From: a virus
Taxonomy: Duplodnaviria; Caudoviricetes
Virus record (IMG/VR): IMGVR_UViG_3300025909_000005
DNA length: 64,000 nucleotides
Strand: one strand, 5' to 3'
Each line of letters begins with the position of its first letter. Position 1 is the first letter of the stretch. The position numbers and the translations under genes were made by a program. Positions 25,680 to 34,920 of the stretch are shown here, piece after piece. The notes under the pieces are model-generated. The model ran no database searches. It was not told the origin of the DNA and saw nothing but the letters and a program-made list of their open reading frames with translations.

Positions 25680-26107
25680 TGTCCACGCAGGCGTTGAAGT
25701 GCGTTTGCGAAGCGAGAAGTTGGAGCAGATGCGGCTGAGGCAGGAAGAGCGGTCGTCTGTGGACGAATCACACGGCCTGCAGTTGGAGTCGGTGTGGCAA
25801 GCGGTGTAACCGGCTGCATCGTGCCTGCTTCTGCGGTAGTCACTGGCTTCTCGTAGAAGTTGACCAGAGTCTGGACCATCGCCTCTAGGTTTGCCACGTA
25901 CTCTTCCGTGTTGTTGATGAACTCAGCCACCTGCGAGTTGGTCGCGGTCTTTGGGTTCTGTAGCGTCGGTGGAAGAGGAGGCAGAGTCTTGAGGACGTCA
26001 GGTGCAGTGCGCACCACGTAGTGGGCGTCTAGCAGAACCTGAGTGTCAGGCTTCGTTGCGCAACCAGCGAGGGCTGCGACGGTTAGAAGTGAGATGAGGA
26101 GCTTCAT
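25676..26107 (-). CDS. rz1: Outer-membrane spanin (lipoprotein)
   Basis: Signal peptide with lipobox LAGC; Pro-rich; directly downstream of the i-spanin. Confidence 0.8.
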   Translation of the reverse strand: MKLLISLLTVAALAGCATKPDTQVLLDAHYVVRTAPDVLKTLPPLPPTLQNPKTATNSQVAEFINNTEEYVANLEAMVQTLVNFYEKPVTTAEAGTMQPVTPLATPTPTAGRVIRPQTTALPASAASAPTSRFANALQRLRGQ

Positions 26108-26574
26108 TCTTTGATCCTTGCTGACGTGGCCGGGGCCGCGTTCTGGGTATCTGGCAAGCCACGACGCATGAAGCGATCGGACTGAACTGCCTGAATCATG
26201 TTGCCAACGACAGGTGCAGCTTGAGCTGCATTGGCTGGAACACCAGCACCTTGGGTGATGATCACCTGACGTGTCTGGCTGTTGGCATGGTTCGTGTCCT
26301 TAGCGGACTGCAGCGTATTTAGCGCGTCGTTGATGTTCTGCTTTTCCTGATTCAGGTTGGCGATGACAACTTCGTTGTCCTTGTTCGCCTGAATGGCCTT
26401 GTCAAGTTGGCCTTGGATCTCAGTGGCGTGAGCGACAGCTACGTCTCGAGCATTCTGGGCAGAGGTTGCCTGGTGCTTCAGGACAGCGATGTAACCGCCA
26501 AGCGCGATTAGCAACGCCAGGATTGCGAGGCCCTTGACGCCCCCAATCAGTGCTAGAAAAGCTGTCATTCTCAA
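26104..26574 (-). CDS. rz: Inner-membrane spanin
   Basis: N-terminal TM helix followed by a coiled coil. Confidence 0.78.
   Translation of the reverse strand: MRMTAFLALIGGVKGLAILALLIALGGYIAVLKHQATSAQNARDVAVAHATEIQGQLDKAIQANKDNEVVIANLNQEKQNINDALNTLQSAKDTNHANSQTRQVIITQGAGVPANAAQAAPVVGNMIQAVQSDRFMRRGLPDTQNAAPATSARIKE
26316..26321 (-). promoter_or_regulatory. Intragenic late-promoter core (CTAAATAC)
   Basis: Encoded as CTA AAT (Leu-Asn) inside the i-spanin. Confidence 0.35.
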
Positions 26575-26583
26575 TCTCCTATG

Positions 26584-26865
26584 TTATGGCGAAGTGACCG
26601 TGGTTGTCGCAGTCGACTTCGTTGAGTCTTGTGTGCTCGTGTTCAGGACTGACTTGTCTTGGCCGTAGAGTGAGACCGAGCCCGTCACTGGAATGGAAAA
26701 GCTGACGACGATGGTGTTCGCGTCAGAGTAGGTGATGGACAGCGGGAGAATCTTCTCCCGTCCGCCATTGTAGTCGACGATGACGTCAGAAATTGGATAG
26801 CCGTTCAGGTTGTGAGCGACTGTCCAGGTGTCTGAGGCCGAGGTTTGATTGAAGGTGTAAATCAT
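26584..26865 (-). CDS. Small fibre-associated protein, single QxxASxTWxxxHNL domain
   Basis: NQTSASDTWTVAHNL motif. Confidence 0.7.
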   Translation of the reverse strand: MIYTFNQTSASDTWTVAHNLNGYPISDVIVDYNGGREKILPLSITYSDANTIVVSFSIPVTGSVSLYGQDKSVLNTSTQDSTKSTATTTVTSP

Positions 26866-27083
26866 CCAGCCACCGTTGCAAAACCCGTTTCGGGAGCTGA
26901 GAAGCCCAACGTCACGGTGTTGTTGTCGACGAATGTAACCGTCTCGGGGAGCACCTTCTGAACGGTGTCGTCAGGTGCCGTTGTGTACACGTCAATCACT
27001 GGGTACGTGCCTAGATTGTGAACGATGGTCCATGTATCTGAAGCGACGTCCTGGACGTGCTTGTAGAGCATGATAGGGCGCAT
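26862..27083 (-). CDS. Small fibre-associated protein, single HNL domain
   Basis: QDVASDTWTIVHNL motif. Confidence 0.7.
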   Translation of the reverse strand: MRPIMLYKHVQDVASDTWTIVHNLGTYPVIDVYTTAPDDTVQKVLPETVTFVDNNTVTLGFSAPETGFATVAG

Positions 27084-27084
27084 G

Positions 27085-27687
27085 TTAGATCAGCTTAGCA
27101 ATGCCTGTGTAGGCCTGTGAAAACGCGATCACGAGCTCGTTGTTGGACAGGTGCGTGATCGATTGTGGCTGAACCTCTTGATTGCCAATGAAGACGCGCA
27201 CGATCGGTTCGCGACCGAGGTTGTGCACGATGTCCCATGAAGCCGAGGCGACAGTCTGTTCGTAGATGAATGAGTATGTCGGCTTGGTATTGCCATCGTT
27301 GTGGCCAGTGAGAACGATCGCGCGGCCTGTGATGGCGGTGCTGAACGTAACGGTCACTTGGTTGGCGTCGTCGATGGTGACGGAATTTGGAATGAGAACC
27401 TGGTTGTTCACGTCGAAGATCTGAACCTGAACCGAGGTCGTGTTGAGGTCGTGAGGAATGACCCACGTGTCAGAGGCCGAAGTCACCGTGTACGTAAACA
27501 GGGTGATCTCACGGGTGAGTGGGACCCACACAGGAAGAGCATCCGCAATGCTCACGCAGATGTAGAGAATGCTGTTGCAGAAAGCAAGTCGACCCACCTT
27601 TGGGTTCGCAGGGAATGCGGTTTCAACAGGAATGACGGCCTGCTGGAGTTCGTTTTGCTGGAGGTTGGCGTTACCGTAGAACTTCAT
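27085..27687 (-). CDS. Fibre-associated protein with two HNL domains
   Basis: SASDTWVIPHDL and QTVASASWDIVHNL motifs. Confidence 0.75.
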   Translation of the reverse strand: MKFYGNANLQQNELQQAVIPVETAFPANPKVGRLAFCNSILYICVSIADALPVWVPLTREITLFTYTVTSASDTWVIPHDLNTTSVQVQIFDVNNQVLIPNSVTIDDANQVTVTFSTAITGRAIVLTGHNDGNTKPTYSFIYEQTVASASWDIVHNLGREPIVRVFIGNQEVQPQSITHLSNNELVIAFSQAYTGIAKLI

Positions 27688-27721
27688 TTCTTGTCCTTAG
27701 ATGGGCATGGGTTAGACTGGC

Positions 27722-27728
27722 TATTTAT
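27722..27728 (-). promoter_or_regulatory. Late promoter ATAAATA
   Basis: Intergenic, directly downstream of the terminator and upstream of 27687. Confidence 0.75.
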
Positions 27729-27741
27729 GGGGACGAGCATG

Positions 27742-27770
27742 AAAAAGGGCTGAAGATTTCTCTTCAGCCC
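27742..27770 (-). terminator. Rho-independent terminator
   Basis: GGGCTGAAGA / TCTTCAGCCC 10-bp stem followed by T5 on the - strand. Confidence 0.9.
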
Positions 27771-27790
27771 TGATCTAGAAGTCTAGTGAC

Positions 27791-30322
27791 TTAGGCGTTC
27801 AGGCCCATGACAACGACCTTGCAGGCGATTGCCGAGTTGAACGTGACAGTCAGAGCATTGGCGCTCGTGAAGACGATCGATTCTGGAATGACGACGTTGT
27901 CGGTTGCATCCACAACGGTGACGTTGCAGTACTGTTGGCCCAGGTTGTGGGTAACGGTGTGCGACGAAGCCGAAGCACCAGTGTACAGGAAGTACATTGG
28001 CTTGTTGGTGAAGGCGCCACCCGAGTAGACGAGTGCATCACCGGTTGCTGGGGACGAGAGCGAAACGTCCGACAGCGAGGTGAGGTCCTTCTGAACCAGC
28101 GAAACTGCACCAGAGGTAACATCGAAGTCAGTCGACGAGAAGCTTGCGACACCCTTGACAGATGTCGTAGCATCACGAACCGAGATCGAGAGCGTGGTGC
28201 CCGTGACGTCGGTCGTAACTTCATCTGTTCCACCAACAATGGCGATCGAGTCGCCAAGGTTGACAGTGTCGGAACCAGTCGTACCCGTGACAGTGATCGT
28301 CGAGTTGGCCAGCTGAGCGTTCGAGACGCCAGCATCGCTGATCGTGACGTCACCGGCGGTAACCGTGAACGAAGCCGTATTGAACTTTGCGACGCCCTTC
28401 TGAGTTGCCGAAGCGTCGTCAGCAGAGATCGTGACAGTCTGACCCGAGACTGAGGTCGTGATACCAGCAGTCGACGTACCAGCGATCTCGAGTGTCTGGC
28501 CAAGGGCCAGTGTCGAGGTGCCAGTGTCGCCGTTCAGGCCAACAGAGCTGTTTGCCAGCATCGCGTTTGAGACACCGCTTGCGGCGATGTACAGACCACG
28601 AGCAGCTTGTGCCAGGCCCGAGGTGCCATCCGTGAGGAGGGCGAGCTGAGCATCAGCGCTGGTCGAACGGGTCGAACCGTCCGTGGTCAGTGCGATACCA
28701 CCAGTCGTTGGGTTGTAGAGGTCAAGACCAACGTCAGCCGTTGGCAGTTCCGCGATACCGGCACCGAGGGCGACCGAGACCGTGTTGCCAGAGACCGAGA
28801 GACCAGTGCCGAAGCTGTAGATCTGCGAGCCAGAGAACTGCGAGTAGGCGAGAGCTGTCGTACCGAGCGTGACGCCAGATGCGGTCTGAACCCATGCGGT
28901 GTCAGCCTGCGACGTACCTTGCTGGACGAAGACCGATTCACCGTCGACTTCCGCAGCAGAGTCGGAGTCAGTTGCACGGACCCATGCACCAGCGTGGGCG
29001 ACGTAAATGCCGTTCTGAGCAGCGGCTGTTTGGTTCTTGACAAGGACGCGGTCACCATCAACCAGGGTAACGCCATCGACGGTCAGGAGACCACCAGTTG
29101 CGAGGTCAACGTTTGCCGTGGTTGCTGCCTTGACAGCTGTCTTCCAAGAAAGACCAGCGGCGACCGAGTCAACGTAGGCCTTGTTGGCTGCGTCTGTGTC
29201 GTTGGTTGGAGCTGCGACAGAAAGAACCGAGTTGCCACCCATGTTGAGGTTGCCGGTCATCGTGTCGCCAGCGACGTTCACGTACGTGGCGTCAACGAGA
29301 GCAGTGATGTCAGCAGCAACAACTGGAGTGTTGCCAGTCACGCGACCGAAGCCGTCGAGAGTAACCTTGACGAAGTCGCCAGACGAAGCTTGCGAAACGG
29401 TGTCGAGATCAACAGTTGTGTCAGAAGCAACGCCGTCACCGTTCGTGACAACCGTGTTGCCTGCAACGCCAGTGATGGAGCGCGTGGTTGCCGTGCCGTC
29501 ACCAGTGCGGACGACGTAGCCAGTGGTCGTGAGACCTTCAAGAGCTGCGAGGTCGTTGGCAAGTGCGAACGTTGGGTTGCCAGCGAGACCAGCCGGATTC
29601 GTGATCGTGAGGCCTGCTGCAGGAGCAGTGAGCGTACGAGCGTTGAACGTGTCAGCAGCTGTCTGGACGATGATGCCCGTCGTTGCAAGAGCGGCCAGAG
29701 AACCGAGACCTGCGTCGGAAGCTTGCTTGCCATCAAGCTGATCTTGGATGGCAGAGGTAACGCCAGTGACGTAGTTGAGTTCGGTTGTCGAGACCGTTGC
29801 GCCGTCGAGGATGTTCAGCTCAGCGGCAGAAGCCGTGACGCCGTTGATGTCGGTGGTTGCGAGGGTGTGGTTGACCCACTTGGTACCGTTGTACTCGAGG
29901 AACTGACCAGACGTTGGCGTGGTGAGCGTAACGTCGAGGAGTTCAGAGAGCTGGTCTTTGCCAGAGATAGCTGCGTCAAGCTGAGCAAGAACGTCAGAAA
30001 TGCTGGTTGGATTCGTTACGTTGGTGAACGTAACGCCACCAACGTTCAGGGTGCCATCGGTATTGACGAGGGCGCCAAGAGCTGTTTCGATTGCATCGAC
30101 TTCGGTCTGCAGAGCAGCAGCGTTACCGCCAGTTGCCAGTGCAATCCAAGAAGTTGCACCGCCGAGGTAGATGACCTGGGTGCCAGTGATGTAGACGAGA
30201 CGGCCAACGTCGCCCGAGCCTGCGCCTGCGTGTGTTGGCAGGGATGAGAGCTTCTCGAGGCGTAGGTTCTCAATCTGTGAGAGGGCCGACGCGTCAAAGG
30301 AAAGCTTACCATTGATTTTCAT
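27791..30322 (-). CDS. Long tail fibre protein
   Basis: 843 aa, A/T/G/S/V-rich; GDRVLVKNQ domain, xKGVAxF repeats and a C-terminal HNL domain. Confidence 0.85.
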   Translation of the reverse strand: MKINGKLSFDASALSQIENLRLEKLSSLPTHAGAGSGDVGRLVYITGTQVIYLGGATSWIALATGGNAAALQTEVDAIETALGALVNTDGTLNVGGVTFTNVTNPTSISDVLAQLDAAISGKDQLSELLDVTLTTPTSGQFLEYNGTKWVNHTLATTDINGVTASAAELNILDGATVSTTELNYVTGVTSAIQDQLDGKQASDAGLGSLAALATTGIIVQTAADTFNARTLTAPAAGLTITNPAGLAGNPTFALANDLAALEGLTTTGYVVRTGDGTATTRSITGVAGNTVVTNGDGVASDTTVDLDTVSQASSGDFVKVTLDGFGRVTGNTPVVAADITALVDATYVNVAGDTMTGNLNMGGNSVLSVAAPTNDTDAANKAYVDSVAAGLSWKTAVKAATTANVDLATGGLLTVDGVTLVDGDRVLVKNQTAAAQNGIYVAHAGAWVRATDSDSAAEVDGESVFVQQGTSQADTAWVQTASGVTLGTTALAYSQFSGSQIYSFGTGLSVSGNTVSVALGAGIAELPTADVGLDLYNPTTGGIALTTDGSTRSTSADAQLALLTDGTSGLAQAARGLYIAASGVSNAMLANSSVGLNGDTGTSTLALGQTLEIAGTSTAGITTSVSGQTVTISADDASATQKGVAKFNTASFTVTAGDVTISDAGVSNAQLANSTITVTGTTGSDTVNLGDSIAIVGGTDEVTTDVTGTTLSISVRDATTSVKGVASFSSTDFDVTSGAVSLVQKDLTSLSDVSLSSPATGDALVYSGGAFTNKPMYFLYTGASASSHTVTHNLGQQYCNVTVVDATDNVVIPESIVFTSANALTVTFNSAIACKVVVMGLNA

Positions 30323-30342
30323 AGTGTCTCCTGGGACCTAGG

Positions 30343-30570
30343 TTAGATGATCCGACGTGTAGCCGTCGTGAGTGCCTTAATGGCGTTATTGAATGAAACC
30401 GGTTCAACTAGGCACTTGCCCAAGTCGAAGTCGCTTAGAACGCTGTCATCGACGTCTGCAAAGCAGAAGATTCCTCGGTTGCCCTGCTTCTCGATGCGAT
30501 CCAGCTTGAAGTTCTTCACCTTCAAGGATGCTGCCAGGACGATGTCTGATGTTTCGATGTGGCGCTTCAT
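30343..30570 (-). CDS. Small DUF5659-like protein
   Basis: ETSDIVLAASL...FCF pattern recalls DUF5659 (from memory). Confidence 0.55.
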   Translation of the reverse strand: MKRHIETSDIVLAASLKVKNFKLDRIEKQGNRGIFCFADVDDSVLSDFDLGKCLVEPVSFNNAIKALTTATRRII

Positions 30571-30601
30571 GCCGCTTCCAGTCTGTTTTCTATGTCGAAC
30601 C

Positions 30602-30608
30602 TATTTAT
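30602..30608 (-). promoter_or_regulatory. Late promoter ATAAATA
   Basis: Intergenic, upstream of 30570. Confidence 0.75.
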
Positions 30609-30626
30609 GGGCAGACCTTAGAAAAC

Positions 30627-32585
30627 TCAGAAAAGGATCAAAATGGCGCGGCCGGCTACAGGAGTGTTGAAGGAGATGGTGACCGAATTGAAGTCCACGA
30701 TCTGGATGGTGTCCGCGTAGATGACTTCATCGGTGTTGTCCCAGACCGTGATCTGTATCCGCTTCGAGTTCTGGTTGTGGGCAATGGTCCAGAGAGCAGA
30801 AGCACTGTTCTGAACGTGCTCATGGGTCTTGACCGAGCTGGCCACAACCGTGATGGCTTCGATCTCGGTTGCCAGCTCTTCAATGGCCGACTGGACTGTG
30901 GTGCCGGTGATCGGCGCAGCGTGGGTCGGGTCAAAAGAGACCTGGATCGCAGTGTGATCAATGGCTGTCCCAGCCAGATCAGTGTGTGCATTGACCTTGT
31001 TGGCCAGGGCCGTGATGTCAATGCCGTTGACGAGCGGAGCCGTCAGGTTCTGTATGAACGTCGTGCCGTTCGGCAGGATCGAGAAGACCGAGGAGCCACC
31101 AGAGGCGACCTTGATGTCGACGAGGTTGACCGTAGGCGTGATGCCTGGCTTCGGCTCGATCAGGAACGGAACGTAGTTGCCAGCAGACTGGTGGATCTGC
31201 AGCTTGGCGGTGTTCGTCTCGGTGTCGGTGACGACAGAGGTGGAGCCGTCAACGATCAGGTTACCGGTGATGTGAACATCACCCGTTGCAGCATCGATCG
31301 AGAACGCCTTGTTGTTCAGCGCCGAGACAACAAGGCTCTTGCCCGAAGTCAGGTTGATCGTCGCCGGCGCTTGAGAAGCGTTGTACGCGGTCTGAAGTGT
31401 AACCGCCGTGGCTGCTCCACCAGATCCGTCCGTGGTCGAACCGTCTGCGAAGAGCAGGGCCTTGCCGCCGACCGTGAAGGTCGATTGGCCGGTACCACCG
31501 ATGTTGATGATCGCGCCGTCAGGCAGCAGACCAAACTCACCTAGCGTTGGAACCAGGTAGATCGGGGACAGCACTGGAACGTTGCTTGGTGGAGGAGGTG
31601 GGGGTGGCGGTGGAGCTGCCGCAACAATCGTGAACGAGACAGTTCCTGTCGAGGACAGGCCGTTCTGCGCCATGATCGTGTACGTGAAGCTGTCAGGACC
31701 GGAGTAGCTTGAGGTTGGGGTATACGTGAACGTTCCGTCTGCATTGACCGTGACTTGACCGAACGACGGCTGAGTCGCAGCAGTGAAGGTGTGGTTCTCG
31801 CCTGCAACCAAAGTCGAGTTCGTTGCTAGGTTTCCAGTGTAGGAGTGCGCCTGGTTGATGCTCGTAGAAAGCGCACCTGCGACTGGAGAGATCGGTGTAA
31901 TCGTGATAGTGACCTGTGCAGAAGATGCGTCAGCCTCTACGTGGTAGACCTCGTAGTTGAAGGTGTCTGGGCCGGTTGCGCCAACGTTTGGCGTATAGGT
32001 GAACACGCCTGAGCCGCTGTCAGGGAACACCAGCGTTCCCTTGGTTGGCTGAGTCAGGGCATGGAAGACTGCTGACTGGTCAAAGACGTCGTTCAGGCTC
32101 AGGTCAAACTGAGTTGCTCCGGCATTCTCGCTAATCGTGAAGAAGTCGGCGTTGGCAACTAGAGGTGCGCCAGAGCCGGAACCGCCAGACCCGCCAGACC
32201 CGCCGTCGGTGCCGCTGCCCGAGTACCAGATGAATGGGATCGTGGCCGATGGAGTCGTGTCGGTCATGCCAAAGCCAGCCGTGGCACCATTACCGTCGTA
32301 GCCCTTGACACCAACGTAGTACGTGTCTGCTGTCAGGTACGTCGAGATCTGTGAGGCGAGGTTGCCGCCGCTGTCATCGTCATAAGCGATGAGCGCGCCT
32401 GTCGGACCATACAGGCCCATGTACGTGTCGACTGGAGAACCGGTTGTCGAAAACGTGTAGATGCCTGTCGTGTCAACGACGATCTTGAACCAAAGCATCG
32501 TGTTCGCTGCTTTGAACGCGCCATCTGGCTGGTTGATCGGCAGCTGAACCGCGTCTGATGGTGGCGTGTAAACTGGCGTGCTCAT
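30627..32585 (-). CDS. Adhesin-like virion protein (PPC-like + two Ig/cadherin-like repeats + poly-Pro + HNL domain)
   Basis: DTYMGLY...AYDDDSGG (PPC-like); two FTYTP...GPDxFxY repeats; a P8 linker. Confidence 0.72.
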   Translation of the reverse strand: MSTPVYTPPSDAVQLPINQPDGAFKAANTMLWFKIVVDTTGIYTFSTTGSPVDTYMGLYGPTGALIAYDDDSGGNLASQISTYLTADTYYVGVKGYDGNGATAGFGMTDTTPSATIPFIWYSGSGTDGGSGGSGGSGSGAPLVANADFFTISENAGATQFDLSLNDVFDQSAVFHALTQPTKGTLVFPDSGSGVFTYTPNVGATGPDTFNYEVYHVEADASSAQVTITITPISPVAGALSTSINQAHSYTGNLATNSTLVAGENHTFTAATQPSFGQVTVNADGTFTYTPTSSYSGPDSFTYTIMAQNGLSSTGTVSFTIVAAAPPPPPPPPPSNVPVLSPIYLVPTLGEFGLLPDGAIINIGGTGQSTFTVGGKALLFADGSTTDGSGGAATAVTLQTAYNASQAPATINLTSGKSLVVSALNNKAFSIDAATGDVHITGNLIVDGSTSVVTDTETNTAKLQIHQSAGNYVPFLIEPKPGITPTVNLVDIKVASGGSSVFSILPNGTTFIQNLTAPLVNGIDITALANKVNAHTDLAGTAIDHTAIQVSFDPTHAAPITGTTVQSAIEELATEIEAITVVASSVKTHEHVQNSASALWTIAHNQNSKRIQITVWDNTDEVIYADTIQIVDFNSVTISFNTPVAGRAILILF

Positions 32586-34222
32586 TGCTTGATCCTGATG
32601 GTCATCGCAACCGCGTTGTTGTCCGGCGAGCTGTCATTCTCAGGTGAGTGCAGGACGCCAGAAAGCGTCATGGATCCGTTCACCGATGGAGCCGTGAGAT
32701 TGAATCTAGCTGTGACGTATTGGCCAGTGGCGAGCGAGGAGAGCACTGGAAGCGTAACAGTCGTGACGCCATTGGTACGAACAGAGGTGGAGCCCGTTGG
32801 AAGGCCAGACACCGTGACTGCTTGACCGCCAACATCGCTGATCTTGATGACTCGAGTTGCCTGCGTCGCGCTGAGCAGGCCTTCATTGGAGGCCGTGACG
32901 AGCACCTGAACTGTCTCGCCCTGCTGCGCGTTGAGCGGAGCAGAGAGCTGGAGCTTGAGGTTCGTGTTCTTGCCCTGTGTTGGAGGAGCCGCAACCACGA
33001 TGACGTTGGTCTTGAGCACCTCATCCTGGCCGTACACGCTCTTGACGCGGAACTTGACCGAGTAGTTGCCTGCGGCCGTGAAGGTGTAGGACGGATTCTG
33101 AGTTGTCGAGTCGACGATGCCATCGTTCTGGAAGTCCCACTCGAACTCGGTTGGGTTGTGCAACGCGGTGCTCGTGAACTGGACCGTCAGCGGCAGGGTA
33201 CCGGTGACTGGAGACGCCGTGAAGTTTGCAACAGGTGGGAGACCCGTCACTGGTGGCACGACGTACGTGATGTTCTTTTCAAGGATCGTGGCTGCCTGGA
33301 TCTCGATCCAGATGGAGTCAACGTCATAGACGTAGCCAGCGATTTGGTTCACACCGAGAGTTGGTGGAGTGGTGGTGACCTGACCGGTTGGACCACAGAA
33401 GATCGGGCGGCCGATCGCTTCGGCTGGCCAAGACCACTGCTCATTGCGAACAACGCCTGAGGTCACGACTGAGCCGACCTCAGAGGAGTAGAGGTCCTCA
33501 ACGACGATGCCGATGATTCGGCTGCGCCAGTTGTCGGAGCGAGCAAGCGCCAGCTTCCGGCCTGGCAGAACTTGAACGAAGCTGAAGGCAGGAATTGGCT
33601 CGTTTGCCATGCCTGCCAGCACCTCAGTCTCGAAGTTGACCTTTGTCGTGTCACCTGTGACAACAGACAGGCCAGACGTAGACGTGACGAACGTGCCATC
33701 AGAGGCGCGCAGCGGCTTGTTGTACTGGTCAAGAACGAGAGCGCCAGCGTCGTACGAACCGTTGTCACCGACCTGGGATCCCTTGGCCCATGGCTGAATC
33801 GTCGCACCGTTCAGGTACGTTGCAGCAAAGACGCGGAGCTTATCGAGCCACTTGTTACCGTTCCAGACCTTCATCTGGCTGATCGACGTGTCGTACCAGT
33901 GCTGGTCAACCGCTGGATTGTTCGGCGCCGTTGCTGCAACTATCAGCGGGAAGTTCGTGGCACCACGTGTCAGCGAGGCATCAAGAAGGTTGATGTCCCA
34001 GTAGAGGTACTTCGTCTGATTGGTGGTGAACGGACCCCAGGCATTCGGGACAGACCGCACCTCCTCAACCACGTACGTGGCAGAACGGTGCGCGAAGATG
34101 ATAACCGTCGGGTCTGGTGAAACGACCAGGTTGATGAAGTTACCGCTCTTCGCCAGGAATGTCGCGGTTGCATAGACATCGGTCTGATATCTTGCAATGC
34201 CTTGGCGGAAGGTCAGACGCAT
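32582..34222 (-). CDS. Virion protein with PKD and DUF11-like Ig domains
   Basis: ANFTASPVTG...WDFQNDG...QNPSYTFTAAGNYSV (PKD); C-terminal ENDSSPDNNA. Confidence 0.75.
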   Translation of the reverse strand: MRLTFRQGIARYQTDVYATATFLAKSGNFINLVVSPDPTVIIFAHRSATYVVEEVRSVPNAWGPFTTNQTKYLYWDINLLDASLTRGATNFPLIVAATAPNNPAVDQHWYDTSISQMKVWNGNKWLDKLRVFAATYLNGATIQPWAKGSQVGDNGSYDAGALVLDQYNKPLRASDGTFVTSTSGLSVVTGDTTKVNFETEVLAGMANEPIPAFSFVQVLPGRKLALARSDNWRSRIIGIVVEDLYSSEVGSVVTSGVVRNEQWSWPAEAIGRPIFCGPTGQVTTTPPTLGVNQIAGYVYDVDSIWIEIQAATILEKNITYVVPPVTGLPPVANFTASPVTGTLPLTVQFTSTALHNPTEFEWDFQNDGIVDSTTQNPSYTFTAAGNYSVKFRVKSVYGQDEVLKTNVIVVAAPPTQGKNTNLKLQLSAPLNAQQGETVQVLVTASNEGLLSATQATRVIKISDVGGQAVTVSGLPTGSTSVRTNGVTTVTLPVLSSLATGQYVTARFNLTAPSVNGSMTLSGVLHSPENDSSPDNNAVAMTIRIKQ

Positions 34223-34256
34223 TCAGGATCTCTTGTTGTCGCCTTGCGGCGAGCTG

Positions 34257-34883
34257 TTACGAAACCGAGATCGTAAGCGTGTAGACGATGGTCAGTTCGC
34301 GGTTGCCAGTATGTTCGATTGGCGAGAAGATCAGATGTGACAGCATCAGCTCACCTGCACCAGAGAGCAGGGAGGTTGGCGTAGATGGGTTTGCAGTCTC
34401 GTGTGTGAACAGACCGAGCTCATCGAAGAAGTATGGCGAGTTGAAGTTGCCAGACGTCGTAGAACCGTCGTTCGTCGTGTCAGCTGTATTCTGGAAAGCC
34501 TCGGATGCCGAGATCACGCAGGTGATGATGACGCGCGTGTTTGTCGAAGCTGGAATGTTGGTGAACGTAACCGAGTTGCCAACGCCGACACCAGCATCAG
34601 ACTCATCCACAACTTCCACGTAGGTGGCGTTGTAGAGGTTTGCGGTGTCGCCAGTCGTGATGGCTGGGCGGAACACGATCTGCTGGTTCGAGTCGATGTA
34701 CGTACCTTGATTGCCAAGCTTCAGCTTGTAGATCTGGTAGTTGCTCGTGTTCGACAGACCGCGAGCGATGGCGGTTGCCATGTTCTTCGGGTGAATGTCG
34801 TTGTGCTTGTCGACCAGCACGTTGCCAGCATCGTCCTTGATGAGTACGTGGCCAGAGACGCGGGTGCTGAGAAGTTCTTGCAT
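34257..34883 (-). CDS. Tail-collar/baseplate fibre-attachment-like protein
   Basis: FDELGLF...LSHLIFSPIEH pattern. Confidence 0.55.
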   Translation of the reverse strand: MQELLSTRVSGHVLIKDDAGNVLVDKHNDIHPKNMATAIARGLSNTSNYQIYKLKLGNQGTYIDSNQQIVFRPAITTGDTANLYNATYVEVVDESDAGVGVGNSVTFTNIPASTNTRVIITCVISASEAFQNTADTTNDGSTTSGNFNSPYFFDELGLFTHETANPSTPTSLLSGAGELMLSHLIFSPIEHTGNRELTIVYTLTISVS

Positions 34884-34910
34884 GTAGTCCTCTAGGGGGT
34901 TATTCGGCTC

Positions 34911-34917
34911 TATTTAT
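34911..34917 (-). promoter_or_regulatory. Late promoter ATAAATA
   Basis: Intergenic, upstream of 34883. Confidence 0.75.
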
Positions 34918-34920
34918 CGC

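Noticed and set aside
28607-30247. 546-aa + strand ORF (and many other long antisense/alternative-frame ORFs, e.g. 30528..31544, 32648..33460, 51674..52555)
   Set aside because: Shadow ORFs opposite strongly codon-biased structural genes; no SD, operon coupling or recognisable motifs.
32181-32204. 9-bp tandem repeat (CCGCCAGAC), poly-Pro near 31590-31612, and Asp-rich tracts at 13440-13790 and 17690-17840
   Set aside because: These simply encode flexible GGS, Pro or acidic linkers; no sign of a phase-variable or array function.
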